Of a DNA stretch of 64,000 bases, positions 16,507-24,124 are shown one piece after another. The notes below the pieces were generated by a model. It searched no databases, was not told the DNA's origin, and saw nothing but the letters and a program-made list of their open reading frames with translations. The first letter of the stretch is position 1, and the number at the start of each line of letters is the position of its first letter. The position numbers were made by a program, and so were the translations under genes. The stretch spans positions 8,842 to 72,841 of the forward strand of contig JBILGU010000010.1 of the NCBI GenBank assembly GCA_044350805.1. The letters are read 5' to 3'. The DNA comes from Methylococcaceae bacterium. GTDB lineage: Bacteria; Pseudomonadota; Gammaproteobacteria; Methylococcales; Methylococcaceae.

Positions 16507-18379
16507 GTCGCCCAATGCCGTCGCGCCAGCTGATGACCCCGATATCGGTCCAGTGGCCCCTGAGATTGTGTTTCCTGAGGTCGGGCTCCCAGTGTGTCGG
16601 AACTTCGACCCGCTTGCTCTTGATCACGAAATCCGCCTGATCCAGATGAACGCCCATTTCGCGTCCGTAGTAGGCAGTCACTTTTCGCCCAAACTTTTCG
16701 AGACGGTCCTGGCTCATGTGCGATGTGATGGCTACGTTGGCCCACATGGACTGAATCCGGCCCCAGTTGGGCGTCAGAAGACGGCCTTCCTGGTTGACGA
16801 AGGGCAGCCACGTTTCATGACCCTCTGAATCCCGATAAACCAGGGCGACAATTTCGTTGTAATTGTCAAAGTGGTCATGCAGGTAAAGGGCGTGTGGGGA
16901 GATGCCTAAAAAGGCATGGGAGACATTGATGATGGAGTCGCTGGCCTGATCCAAGAGAGCCAATGCGGGATCCTTGGGCTGGGTGCCTGCCCAACGGTAA
17001 AGAATGCCGTAATGCAAGGTGCAGTTGAGTTGGAGGATCAGAATGCCAATCAGAATTTTCGCAATACGATATGCACGCTTTCGGGGTGTTCCTGCATGTT
17101 TTTCGAGGAATGCCGCCCAAGGATGCGCGTCCTGGGCTACTTCTTGCATTCGGGTGTCGCAGGTCTCATCGCAGGCCTGCCGCTGGCGTGAGTCGGCGAT
17201 GTGGCGATAAACCCTCTTTGCCGCACCGTATATGCCGGGTATCTGCAGTATCAGAGCCACCGGATAGGTATAGCCCAGTGCTTTCAGAATCCGAATATAG
17301 GTATCGAGTCCTGAGGCAATGATTCCCTTACGGTCGATGCTAAATAAGTCCGTCAGTAACGTTTCTTGAGGAATCGCGGAAAGACGGGATTCGCCTTCAT
17401 GATATGTCTGAAGTCCTTTGAAGGCGACAGCTCCACGAATATCAAAGTGGCGAGTGACGAGAACAGTTCTTCGGCAGAGGGGGCAGCCTTCGTCATAGAA
17501 GACATCGATTTGAGGGCTTTTGACCTGGATCCATTGCTCCCAACGATTCCAGAATGCGGCGGGAACCAAAAGAAGGTAATTCACCAGCATGGCGAAGCCG
17601 AAAGGATAGACATTGAGCGAGACAATGATGCCTATATGAAAGCTGATGCCCAAGAGCAGCAAGGGGATCCGAAACCAGCGATGCCAGTAGAGAAAGAGAA
17701 ACACCAGCTGGAATGCAATCACGCTATAGCCGATGAGCATCTCCAGGGACTGGTGATTGAGAAGGAAGCTCATGTCGAGGGGTGACATGTAATACGGCAT
17801 GGTGGATGGAAGCCAGGCTCCCATGCCATTGCGCCAGAATTCGGATGAAAGTTTGTGGATTCCAGAGTCCAGATAAAGCAGGCCGAGCATAATGCCCAAG
17901 GGGAGGAGGTATGCGAGCTGGGGGACAGTCCCAGGACCGGGGTCGGCAAGGTCTGGGCGGGGTGTGTTCCAGCGAAGCCGGATCGGATCCAGTGCCACTC
18001 TTCGAGCGGAAGGCAGAAAGATCAGGAGAAGACTCGTGCCGGTCATCAATTGATCGAATCCGCCATCAAAATCCTGCCACATGGGCGTGAAGATCACGAA
18101 GACAATCCAGAACAGGTAATTGGCGATGGCGGCCCTATAGGTCTGATATCCCAGGGCAAGGCAGATCAGAATCCCCATCCAGACGATGAGGAGGAGGTGC
18201 ATGACCGGTGAGGCCCGATCCAGATAAGGGATCGGGTCGAAAATGAGGTGCCTAAAGTAAAAAAGAAAAATGTCTTCGTGAAGGGCAACCAGGGAGAAGG
18301 CGATCCGGAAAAGGCCAAGGCCTAAGCCGCTGATCTGATTTTCGCAGAGTCGTTCAATATGGCGGGTAAGTGATTTCAT
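16424..18379 (-). CDS. Fusion membrane protein: HTTM (vitamin-K carboxylase-like) domain + DCC/DUF393 CxxC thiol-disulfide domain + unassigned C-terminal domain
   Basis: aa ~15-285 are polytopic and HTTM-like (GLGLFRIAFSLVAL..., ...LLLIFLPSARRVALD). aa ~291-400 read IDVFYDEGCPLCRRTVLVTRHFDIRGAVAFKGLQ (the DCC-family YDGxCxLC signature). aa ~430-651 have one more TM helix and a soluble region I cannot assign. Confidence 0.6.
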   Translation of the reverse strand: MKSLTRHIERLCENQISGLGLGLFRIAFSLVALHEDIFLFYFRHLIFDPIPYLDRASPVMHLLLIVWMGILICLALGYQTYRAAIANYLFWIVFVIFTPMWQDFDGGFDQLMTGTSLLLIFLPSARRVALDPIRLRWNTPRPDLADPGPGTVPQLAYLLPLGIMLGLLYLDSGIHKLSSEFWRNGMGAWLPSTMPYYMSPLDMSFLLNHQSLEMLIGYSVIAFQLVFLFLYWHRWFRIPLLLLGISFHIGIIVSLNVYPFGFAMLVNYLLLVPAAFWNRWEQWIQVKSPQIDVFYDEGCPLCRRTVLVTRHFDIRGAVAFKGLQTYHEGESRLSAIPQETLLTDLFSIDRKGIIASGLDTYIRILKALGYTYPVALILQIPGIYGAAKRVYRHIADSRQRQACDETCDTRMQEVAQDAHPWAAFLEKHAGTPRKRAYRIAKILIGILILQLNCTLHYGILYRWAGTQPKDPALALLDQASDSIINVSHAFLGISPHALYLHDHFDNYNEIVALVYRDSEGHETWLPFVNQEGRLLTPNWGRIQSMWANVAITSHMSQDRLEKFGRKVTAYYGREMGVHLDQADFVIKSKRVEVPTHWEPDLRKHNLRGHWTDIGVISWRDGIGRLNLEPRSSALKPLDRKDMPRSLETAPP

Positions 18380-18440
18380 GGGCAGGAGAATAGCGGCGCT
18401 GCTCTAAGGGGTCTGGGCCCATTCGCTAAATAATGAAGGT

Positions 18441-19022
18441 TCAGATCGGGGGGTTGAGCCAGAATGTCTCTCTGGCGTTTCTCGAGCGCTCGGCCAATTC
18501 TCGCTCAGTCAGCGCCGCAGGAACGCTCTCCTTGGGGAGTTGATAACCGATTGCAGCAACAGCCAACAACTCCCAATCTTCCGGCAAGGCCAAGGCTTTT
18601 CTGAGCTGCTCCGGGTTGAATCCCCCCATCTGATGGACCATCAGTCCTTGAGCGGTCGCTTCGATCGATAGGGCCATCATGGCCGCGCCTGTGTCGTAGG
18701 CAGCCCAGCGATTGGGCTTTCCCTCTGCAAAATGGGTTTTAGCCGCAACAACCAAGAGTATGGGCGCCTGGCTGGCCCATGTTTGATTCGATGGTGCCAA
18801 GCTGTCGATGACAGAGCGCCATGACGGATCCTGCTCGCGGAGGACTGCCGTGAAGCGCCAAGGTTGGGCATTCATGCTGGAGGGAGCCCAACGAGCTGCC
18901 TCGGCCAGTGCGCTCAGCTTTATATTTTCGACAGCGCGATCAGGGTCAAAGGCCCTGCCGCTCCAGCGATTCTGGAGCAGGGGATGGATATCCGTTTCGG
19001 TGGGGGCGGGTTTTGCAATCAT
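18441..19022 (-). CDS. Nitroreductase-family FMN oxidoreductase
   Basis: LLQNRWSGRAFDPDR..ALAEAARWAPSSMNAQPWRF.. is the classic nitroreductase N-terminal signature. 193 aa. Confidence 0.85.
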   Translation of the reverse strand: MIAKPAPTETDIHPLLQNRWSGRAFDPDRAVENIKLSALAEAARWAPSSMNAQPWRFTAVLREQDPSWRSVIDSLAPSNQTWASQAPILLVVAAKTHFAEGKPNRWAAYDTGAAMMALSIEATAQGLMVHQMGGFNPEQLRKALALPEDWELLAVAAIGYQLPKESVPAALTERELAERSRNARETFWLNPPI

Positions 19023-19025
19023 GGG

Positions 19026-19913
19026 TTATTGGGTGAGCAAGGAGCGACCGGTGAGCTGCTCGAGGATGCGAAGTGGACCTTTGGCGGGATCCTTCAAGTG
19101 CTCAGGTTTGAGGTAGAAGGTTTGCTCCAGCATAAACTGCCCGGACATCACTGCATGCAGGACTTGATCTGAAAAGACCACCCATGTTGCCCCGGGAGGA
19201 ATATCGAGGGTCAATTGAGGGGCGTTTTTCTGATAGTCAAGATCATGCTTTCCCAAATCGTGGAGTTGGCCCATCAGGTGGTCGTAGGGTGATCTTTTTG
19301 ATTTGGTGAGACCCAGCGCATCCATGGCCCATGCTTGTCCTGGCCACAGGGCTTTTGTGCTGGGGATGAAGCGGGCTGCATAGTCTTTGAAGGGCTCTCC
19401 CACACGCCAGGTCCTTGGAAGACCATTCGGATTGATATTGGTAAACACCCGAAGGAGTCTCAGTCCACCGGTCGGGTTGGAGGGAAACGAGTCAACGTGA
19501 AGACGGGTGTCATCCTTTCTCCAGCTGGTCACTCGGGTCTCGACATGAGCGGGCCGATAGGAAGTGAATCCTTTTCGAAGATGCCCGCGGTAGCTTGGAA
19601 AGAGGGTCTCAACCAGACCCTCTGCCTGATTGCTGAAACGAGCCACCAAAGCCTTCAAGGCCTCGATATCCGATTCGCTCCCCATAGCTCCCTGAAGTGG
19701 CACCTCGGGACCCCGGTAACTGATGTTTTTCGATTTGCCATCTGACCAGGCCGGATCTAGAAAGCGTGTTTCAGCCTCGATCAGCTTGAAGCTGAGGTGC
19801 GGGAAGTAGAGAACATGGCCGGCTTCCAGGGTCGATTCAAGCCCGCGATCGGGCGTTAGGTGGTCATTACCCCATGAATCACGCGGGAATTCGGAGATGA
19901 CATCAGCCAGCAT
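19026..19913 (-). CDS. kdoO: Kdo hydroxylase (Fe(II)/2-oxoglutarate-dependent Kdo2-lipid A dioxygenase family)
   Basis: LEAGHVLYFPHLSFKL..E..FLDP...GKSKNISY and RLHVDSFPSNPTGGLRLLRVFTNINPNG (HxD), plus a distal His (VLHAVMSGQ), match my memory of the KdoO family. Start taken at ATG 19913 (MLADVI..). Confidence 0.7.
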   Translation of the reverse strand: MLADVISEFPRDSWGNDHLTPDRGLESTLEAGHVLYFPHLSFKLIEAETRFLDPAWSDGKSKNISYRGPEVPLQGAMGSESDIEALKALVARFSNQAEGLVETLFPSYRGHLRKGFTSYRPAHVETRVTSWRKDDTRLHVDSFPSNPTGGLRLLRVFTNINPNGLPRTWRVGEPFKDYAARFIPSTKALWPGQAWAMDALGLTKSKRSPYDHLMGQLHDLGKHDLDYQKNAPQLTLDIPPGATWVVFSDQVLHAVMSGQFMLEQTFYLKPEHLKDPAKGPLRILEQLTGRSLLTQ

Positions 19914-20008
19914 TTTTTTCCTCCCAGACGCTTTCAGGGCACACGACGTCTCATGACCCAATTAAGCAGTCATTGTAGACCAACTCAGGGAGGGGCTTTT
20001 AAATCGGG

Positions 20009-20224
20009 TCAGGGATTCCCGATCAAAGAGGTGTAAAGACTCATGGCGCTCAGCCGTGTCGCCTCGCAATCGAAACTCCCTCCACGCTCGATACATTCTT
20101 TGAGCGATTGCGCAGCTTGCGTGGAGAAAACGGGGTGACGGCTGTGAATGTCCCGACGGTAGCAGTCGAGCATTTCTCTGGTCATGGTTGGATTCTGTCC
20201 GTAGATCATAAAGGGTACCCCCAA
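20009..20224 (-). CDS. Hypothetical small protein (71 aa)
   Basis: ORF only. The composition is protein-like (MIYGQNPTMTREMLDCYRRDIHSRHPVF..), but I recognise no family. Confidence 0.3.
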   Translation of the reverse strand: MGVPFMIYGQNPTMTREMLDCYRRDIHSRHPVFSTQAAQSLKECIERGGSFDCEATRLSAMSLYTSLIGNP

Positions 20225-20361
20225 ACCTTCTGGGTGTCTGTCAAAGCCAGAACATATCGGACCGACTCTGTTGTGGCATCAGTTAGAATTCAAGAGACAT
20301 TTAAAGTTCCGGAAGTCAAAAGCTCTCGGAAACGGCCCTTCCGTTTTATTTCGGTGAACTC

Positions 20362-20976
20362 ATGCAGATCAAGTTGTTGAGTGGCGTTCTTTTTATCGCT
20401 CTGATGGGGTGTCAGTCTTCCGGACCGGTTCGTGTTTCCGTCCCGTTTGAGGAGGGCAAGGCGCGGGCCCTTTTGAAGCCTGGAGCCAATCGGGTGACGG
20501 GTCGCATCATGGTGGCTTTGGCGAGCGGGACCCTTGTTACCTGCGCCAATAGTACGGTGAGCCTGGTGCCAGCAACCGATTATGCGAAGGAATGGGCACG
20601 AAGGTTTTACGAATTGGATACGGGGAAATACGGCAGCATCGATACCGCGTTTCGGATGGATGCCCGCGAGTCACAGATCACCTTTCAGGGGGCCGAGGCA
20701 TTCTATGCCGCAACACGGACTGCGCAATGCGATGAGGATGGTGACTTCTCTTTCCTGAATGTTGCCGATGGTGAGTTCTTTTTAGTGGCCCGCACCCGTT
20801 GGCTTGGCAAAGACCACGATTACTTTGACTTTATGTACGGCGTCAATGATGCGCAGGAAGAGGATGGATCCGTCATGCAAAGGATCCGCGTCAAAGGCGG
20901 GGAAGCGGTCGATCTCAACTGGGCTCCACCCAAGCCAACGATGCTGGGTGGCCAGGGTTTGCCGGGATCACGCTAA
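20362..20976 (+). CDS. Hypothetical lipoprotein, possibly with a carboxypeptidase-regulatory-like beta-sandwich
   Basis: Lipobox FIALMGCQSS, and the segment CDEDGDFSFLNVADGEFFLVART resembles CarboxypepD_reg-type folds. Motif-level only. Confidence 0.6.
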   Translation: MQIKLLSGVLFIALMGCQSSGPVRVSVPFEEGKARALLKPGANRVTGRIMVALASGTLVTCANSTVSLVPATDYAKEWARRFYELDTGKYGSIDTAFRMDARESQITFQGAEAFYAATRTAQCDEDGDFSFLNVADGEFFLVARTRWLGKDHDYFDFMYGVNDAQEEDGSVMQRIRVKGGEAVDLNWAPPKPTMLGGQGLPGSR

Positions 20977-20984
20977 TGAGGTGC

Positions 20985-21015
20985 CTTGAGAGTGCTATGG
21001 ATTAGCACCCTCAAG
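20985..21015. terminator. Hairpin between convergent genes
   Basis: CTTGAGAGTGCT-atggatt-AGCACCCTCAAG: a 12-bp stem with one mismatch, lying between the stops at 20976 (+) and 21023 (-). No U-run on either side. Confidence 0.35.
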
Positions 21016-21022
21016 CCTCTGC

Positions 21023-21478
21023 TTAGATCGCAGTTGAATAAGTCTCACTGGCGGAACTTCTGGATTCAGCAGAGAATCGGGGTCCCGCTTTTTCAATGTG
21101 TCGAATCAGCTCCGATCGCCCGATGCCCAGTATTTTTGCTATTGCAGGAAGGGTCCATGAGGGTGCGCCATCCACGATGCTGAACTGATCGGCTGGAGGA
21201 AGGCAGCCTTGACTGATCAGGGTAAAAATTTGCTGGATATCGGGCGAAATGGGCTGTAGTTCAAAGTCCGAGATCCTCGGGGGCTTTTCTTGTCTCATGC
21301 AACCACAACTGGTTGAGGATCCGTTACGGAGGGTGATGGCTGAAACCAGCTTTTCGTTCCCGCATCCACACTGGCAGAGGTAGCGCATGTCGCTGCCAAC
21401 ACGTTGCGCCTCGCCAATGATGACCCAGTGCCCATAGCGATGACCCACCTGAATCTTGTGTGCTGATTTTCTTTCCAT
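21023..21478 (-). CDS. Hypothetical protein: N-terminal Cys-rich (zinc-ribbon-like) region + C-terminal HTH-like segment
   Basis: VGHRYGHWVIIGEAQRVGSDMRYLCQCGCGNEKLVSAITLRNGSSTSCGC is a pattern I associate with small phage or island proteins. WTLPAIAKILGIGRSELIRHIEKAG looks like a helix-turn-helix. Confidence 0.55.
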   Translation of the reverse strand: MERKSAHKIQVGHRYGHWVIIGEAQRVGSDMRYLCQCGCGNEKLVSAITLRNGSSTSCGCMRQEKPPRISDFELQPISPDIQQIFTLISQGCLPPADQFSIVDGAPSWTLPAIAKILGIGRSELIRHIEKAGPRFSAESRSSASETYSTAI

Positions 21479-21905
21479 TTCAAACCTCGTCCCCAGAAAA
21501 TTGAAGCCCGCTGAACCACCGGCTCGCCTGTAAAGATCAAAGCAAAAAACGGGCCACTAAGTCATTGTTTCGATGGGGAACAAGTGATTTATGGCGTGCA
21601 TTCTGCAAAATGGAGGTAAATGAAGGTTCCTCGCTCGGTGGTCGAAATTCTTAAAGAGGCGCCCCTTTTTTTCGTGGCCAGCAGCGAGCCTTTGTGGGAA
21701 TGCGTTATTTCACACAGCGCCTGCGCCATATCCTCCAAGTCGAGGGGCATTCTTTAGAAACGGTTTCCGATCTCACGGGCGGGTCCGTCCCCATCAGGTG
21801 TTGATCAATCCTGCTCAGGGGGGTGATTGCGGGGGGCGTCAAAAAACGGCACGATTTCTGCTTAATTACTGGCGAGTGCTTTTCCAGCTCATGCTCTCTC
21901 TTTGG

Positions 21906-21965
21906 GCCTGGATTTCGATGGGAAACTCAACGGTTTCTCGCAGTCGTGTCCAGGCTTTCTTTTTT
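21906..21965 (+). terminator. Intrinsic-terminator-like compound hairpin with a T-run, inside a 0.67-kb gene-free gap
   Basis: GCCTGGA (21906-12) pairs with TCCAGGC (21949-55). An inner GAAAC/GTTTC stem sits at 21922-37. The structure is followed by TTTCTTTTTT (21956-65). No annotated + strand gene lies upstream of it. Confidence 0.4.
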
Positions 21966-22194
21966 GCAACACCTCCCTTCGTTTTGCCAGCGCCTTTCGC
22001 CCCGAAAAAAAGGGGGAGGTCGAACGTTTTGCAGGACAGTTATTTAGAGAATTGGAATCTCTTTTAAGGACCACAGATTGAGCGACGTGAACCAGGCATG
22101 GTGATCCCGATCAAAAGGTTAGAATGAGAGGTTTACCACGTAGACTCGGCATTTGGGTTGCCAGGCTGTGCGTAGCATTTGTGTCGGAGAGACG

Positions 22195-23196
22195 ATGACC
22201 GAATCATGTTGTGGGGATTCTTCCGAAAACACGCAAGGTCCAGAGATTGATCTCAAGATTCGTCTGGATCGGGATGGGAAATTTCTCGGGATCCATCTCA
22301 ATGGCCGGGACATCGATGTTTCACCTGAAATATCGTGTGGTGAATCGCCGGCGGCGCTTTCTACCTCGGAATCCTCCCTCCCGCCTGATGAAGCCAGACA
22401 TTCCCTGTTTCGTCTCATTCGAAATGCTGCAGTCGCCCTCTTTCTGATTATCCTCGGACAGTTTCTCCTGGCGCGTTGGTCGGGACCATCGCATGCCGAT
22501 TTGGCACAAAGTTATGGATTGTGGATTTTTTATCTGGATGTCAGCGTGGTGGCACTGGTCTCGACGCTGAGTTATCTCCGCTCCTACAGCTACGCGAATG
22601 CAGGCCACGCTGTTGGCATGTTGATCGGAATGACGATAGGAATGCAGGTTGGAACCATGGTGGGCGGGGTCCTTGGCGCCACCAACGGATTTTTTATGGG
22701 GTCCATGGTTGGTATGGTTCTCGGGGCCCTTTACGGTGTCCTGACAGCGTGGTGCTGTGGATCCATGGCGGTGCTTCATGGCCTCATGGGCGGTGTGATG
22801 GGGGGGCCCATGGGGGCGATGGTTGTCGTGATGATGCTCCCGGACAATGTTCTTATCTTTATGCCCTTTTTCACGGGTATCAATGTCTTGATCCTGATGT
22901 GCTTTACCTACATTTTCTATCGAGAATGTGTCTGTGCAGGGCGTTGTCCAAGACGAAAACCGATCGGGTTGCCGGCTCTTCTCCTTGCAACGGTTTTGAC
23001 GACGACCGGATTGGCCGCATTGATGCTCTTTGGTCCGCGGGGACCCATGGCCATGGAGGCCCCGGCACAGAGCGTTTCCGATCCCACAGTTGAGGGGGCA
23101 GGGAATCCATTTGATGCGGTGGAGACCCCAAATGGGGTCAGTCGGCGGGTTCCCGAAATGGGCTGTGGTGCGATGATGAGGCGCGAAAAAAAATAA
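22195..23196 (+). CDS. Hypothetical polytopic membrane protein, Gly/Met-rich helices with Cys-rich termini
   Basis: MTESCCGDSS.. N-terminus; TM segments such as GMLIGMTIGMQVGTMVGGVLGATNGFFMGSMVGMVLGALYG and HGLMGGVMGGPMGAMVVVMML; and a CVCAGRCP motif. ATG 22195 follows GGAGA. The ORF is open from TTG 22153. Confidence 0.6.
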   Translation: MTESCCGDSSENTQGPEIDLKIRLDRDGKFLGIHLNGRDIDVSPEISCGESPAALSTSESSLPPDEARHSLFRLIRNAAVALFLIILGQFLLARWSGPSHADLAQSYGLWIFYLDVSVVALVSTLSYLRSYSYANAGHAVGMLIGMTIGMQVGTMVGGVLGATNGFFMGSMVGMVLGALYGVLTAWCCGSMAVLHGLMGGVMGGPMGAMVVVMMLPDNVLIFMPFFTGINVLILMCFTYIFYRECVCAGRCPRRKPIGLPALLLATVLTTTGLAALMLFGPRGPMAMEAPAQSVSDPTVEGAGNPFDAVETPNGVSRRVPEMGCGAMMRREKK

Positions 23197-23234
23197 TTTG
23201 ACGATGGTATAACGTTGCTTCCAAGGGCCAAACG

Positions 23235-24050
23235 CTACTTACCCGAAAGATTGGGATCCAACGAAAAAAGATTATTGAGGACGGATTCGTATGCTTCGCT
23301 GGGGACACTGACCTCCCCTCTCAGAGGATTATCGACAGAGGCGGTCAAGAAGATCATGAGTCCAGTGAAAGTTCCGTAAATCAATGTCACGGTGATATGG
23401 GTTGATCGTCGGGTGGTATGAAATAGATACATGAGAGGCATATTCAGTAAAGAGCCTCCAATGATCACCATCCAAAAAACCCCCGGAATTCCGGTGCTCA
23501 CTTCCGCAAGACGCACGCGACGCGCTTCAGCGAGACGGTTAAATGCTGTGAGCGTCTCCCTGTAGAGACTTTCGTCGGTTCCAGCAATGGTTTTGTATCT
23601 TGCTAGCTCCAGGTGAAGGTCTGTGAGAACTTGCCCGCCCCCCCCCCCATGGACAAGACCTTTCTTTTGATCGGGCCATTCTTCATTGATGACCACCTCA
23701 AGGTAATGGCGAAGATGGTTTTGCATCATGGTTTTGGCTGGAGGCCGAAGTGCGCTGATGTCCCGATAAAGTGAGGCTACGGAAGCAGCCTCCTTTGAGA
23801 CAATCTCGTCCACAGCATCAAAGTTCTCCCATGTGGCTACGGCGACGAGACCCAAAAGTAGACCGTACAAAACGCCAACGCCCGAGAAAACTGCGCCAGT
23901 CATCTCGTTCATTTCAGCATGAACATCAAAGGTCCTGTAGATCCAGCTGCGGAAAGCAAAGAGTCCGAGCAGTGATAGGGCGATATAAATCCCCGTGATG
24001 CCAAGGCCCAGCTGCCAGGTTGGAAGATCGTATATCCAGTAAATGTTCAT
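23235..24050 (-). CDS. Membrane protein, DUF4239-like
   Basis: 271 aa with two N-terminal and two C-terminal TM helices around a helical soluble middle region. The family assignment is from memory of this architecture only. Confidence 0.55.
   Translation of the reverse strand: MNIYWIYDLPTWQLGLGITGIYIALSLLGLFAFRSWIYRTFDVHAEMNEMTGAVFSGVGVLYGLLLGLVAVATWENFDAVDEIVSKEAASVASLYRDISALRPPAKTMMQNHLRHYLEVVINEEWPDQKKGLVHGGGGGQVLTDLHLELARYKTIAGTDESLYRETLTAFNRLAEARRVRLAEVSTGIPGVFWMVIIGGSLLNMPLMYLFHTTRRSTHITVTLIYGTFTGLMIFLTASVDNPLRGEVSVPSEAYESVLNNLFSLDPNLSGK
23638..23648. repeat. Homopolymeric C11 (G11 on the coding strand) inside the DUF4239-like gene
   Basis: ttgcccgCCCCCCCCCCCatggac. On the minus strand this reads gtc cat ggg ggg ggg ggc ggg caa = VHGGGGGQ. 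Confidence 0.95.
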
Positions 24051-24124
24051 CGTGATGGGGCCGTTGCTGATCTGGGGGGCAGGAGCAAAGTCATGACCTT
24101 AAACAAGTCTGATGAGGAGCAATC

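Noticed and set aside
21620-21757. 45-codon mini-ORF with a PNPOx-like N-terminus
   Set aside because: Similarity is limited to about 24 residues from memory, the SD spacing is only 3 nt, and the rest is not protein-like. It is kept only as a possible gene remnant within the non-coding-gap finding, not as a feature.
22476-23093. 205-aa alternative-frame ORF inside the Gly/Met-rich membrane gene
   Set aside because: Same strand but out of frame with the longer ORF that has TM-helix periodicity. The Arg/Trp/His-rich translation looks non-biological.
19962-23234. Idea that this stretch is a prophage remnant or defence island
   Set aside because: Genes point in alternating directions. There is no integrase, recombinase, nuclease, ATPase, toxin-antitoxin or repeat boundary that I can see. 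Only the Zn-ribbon/HTH protein has a mobile-element flavour.
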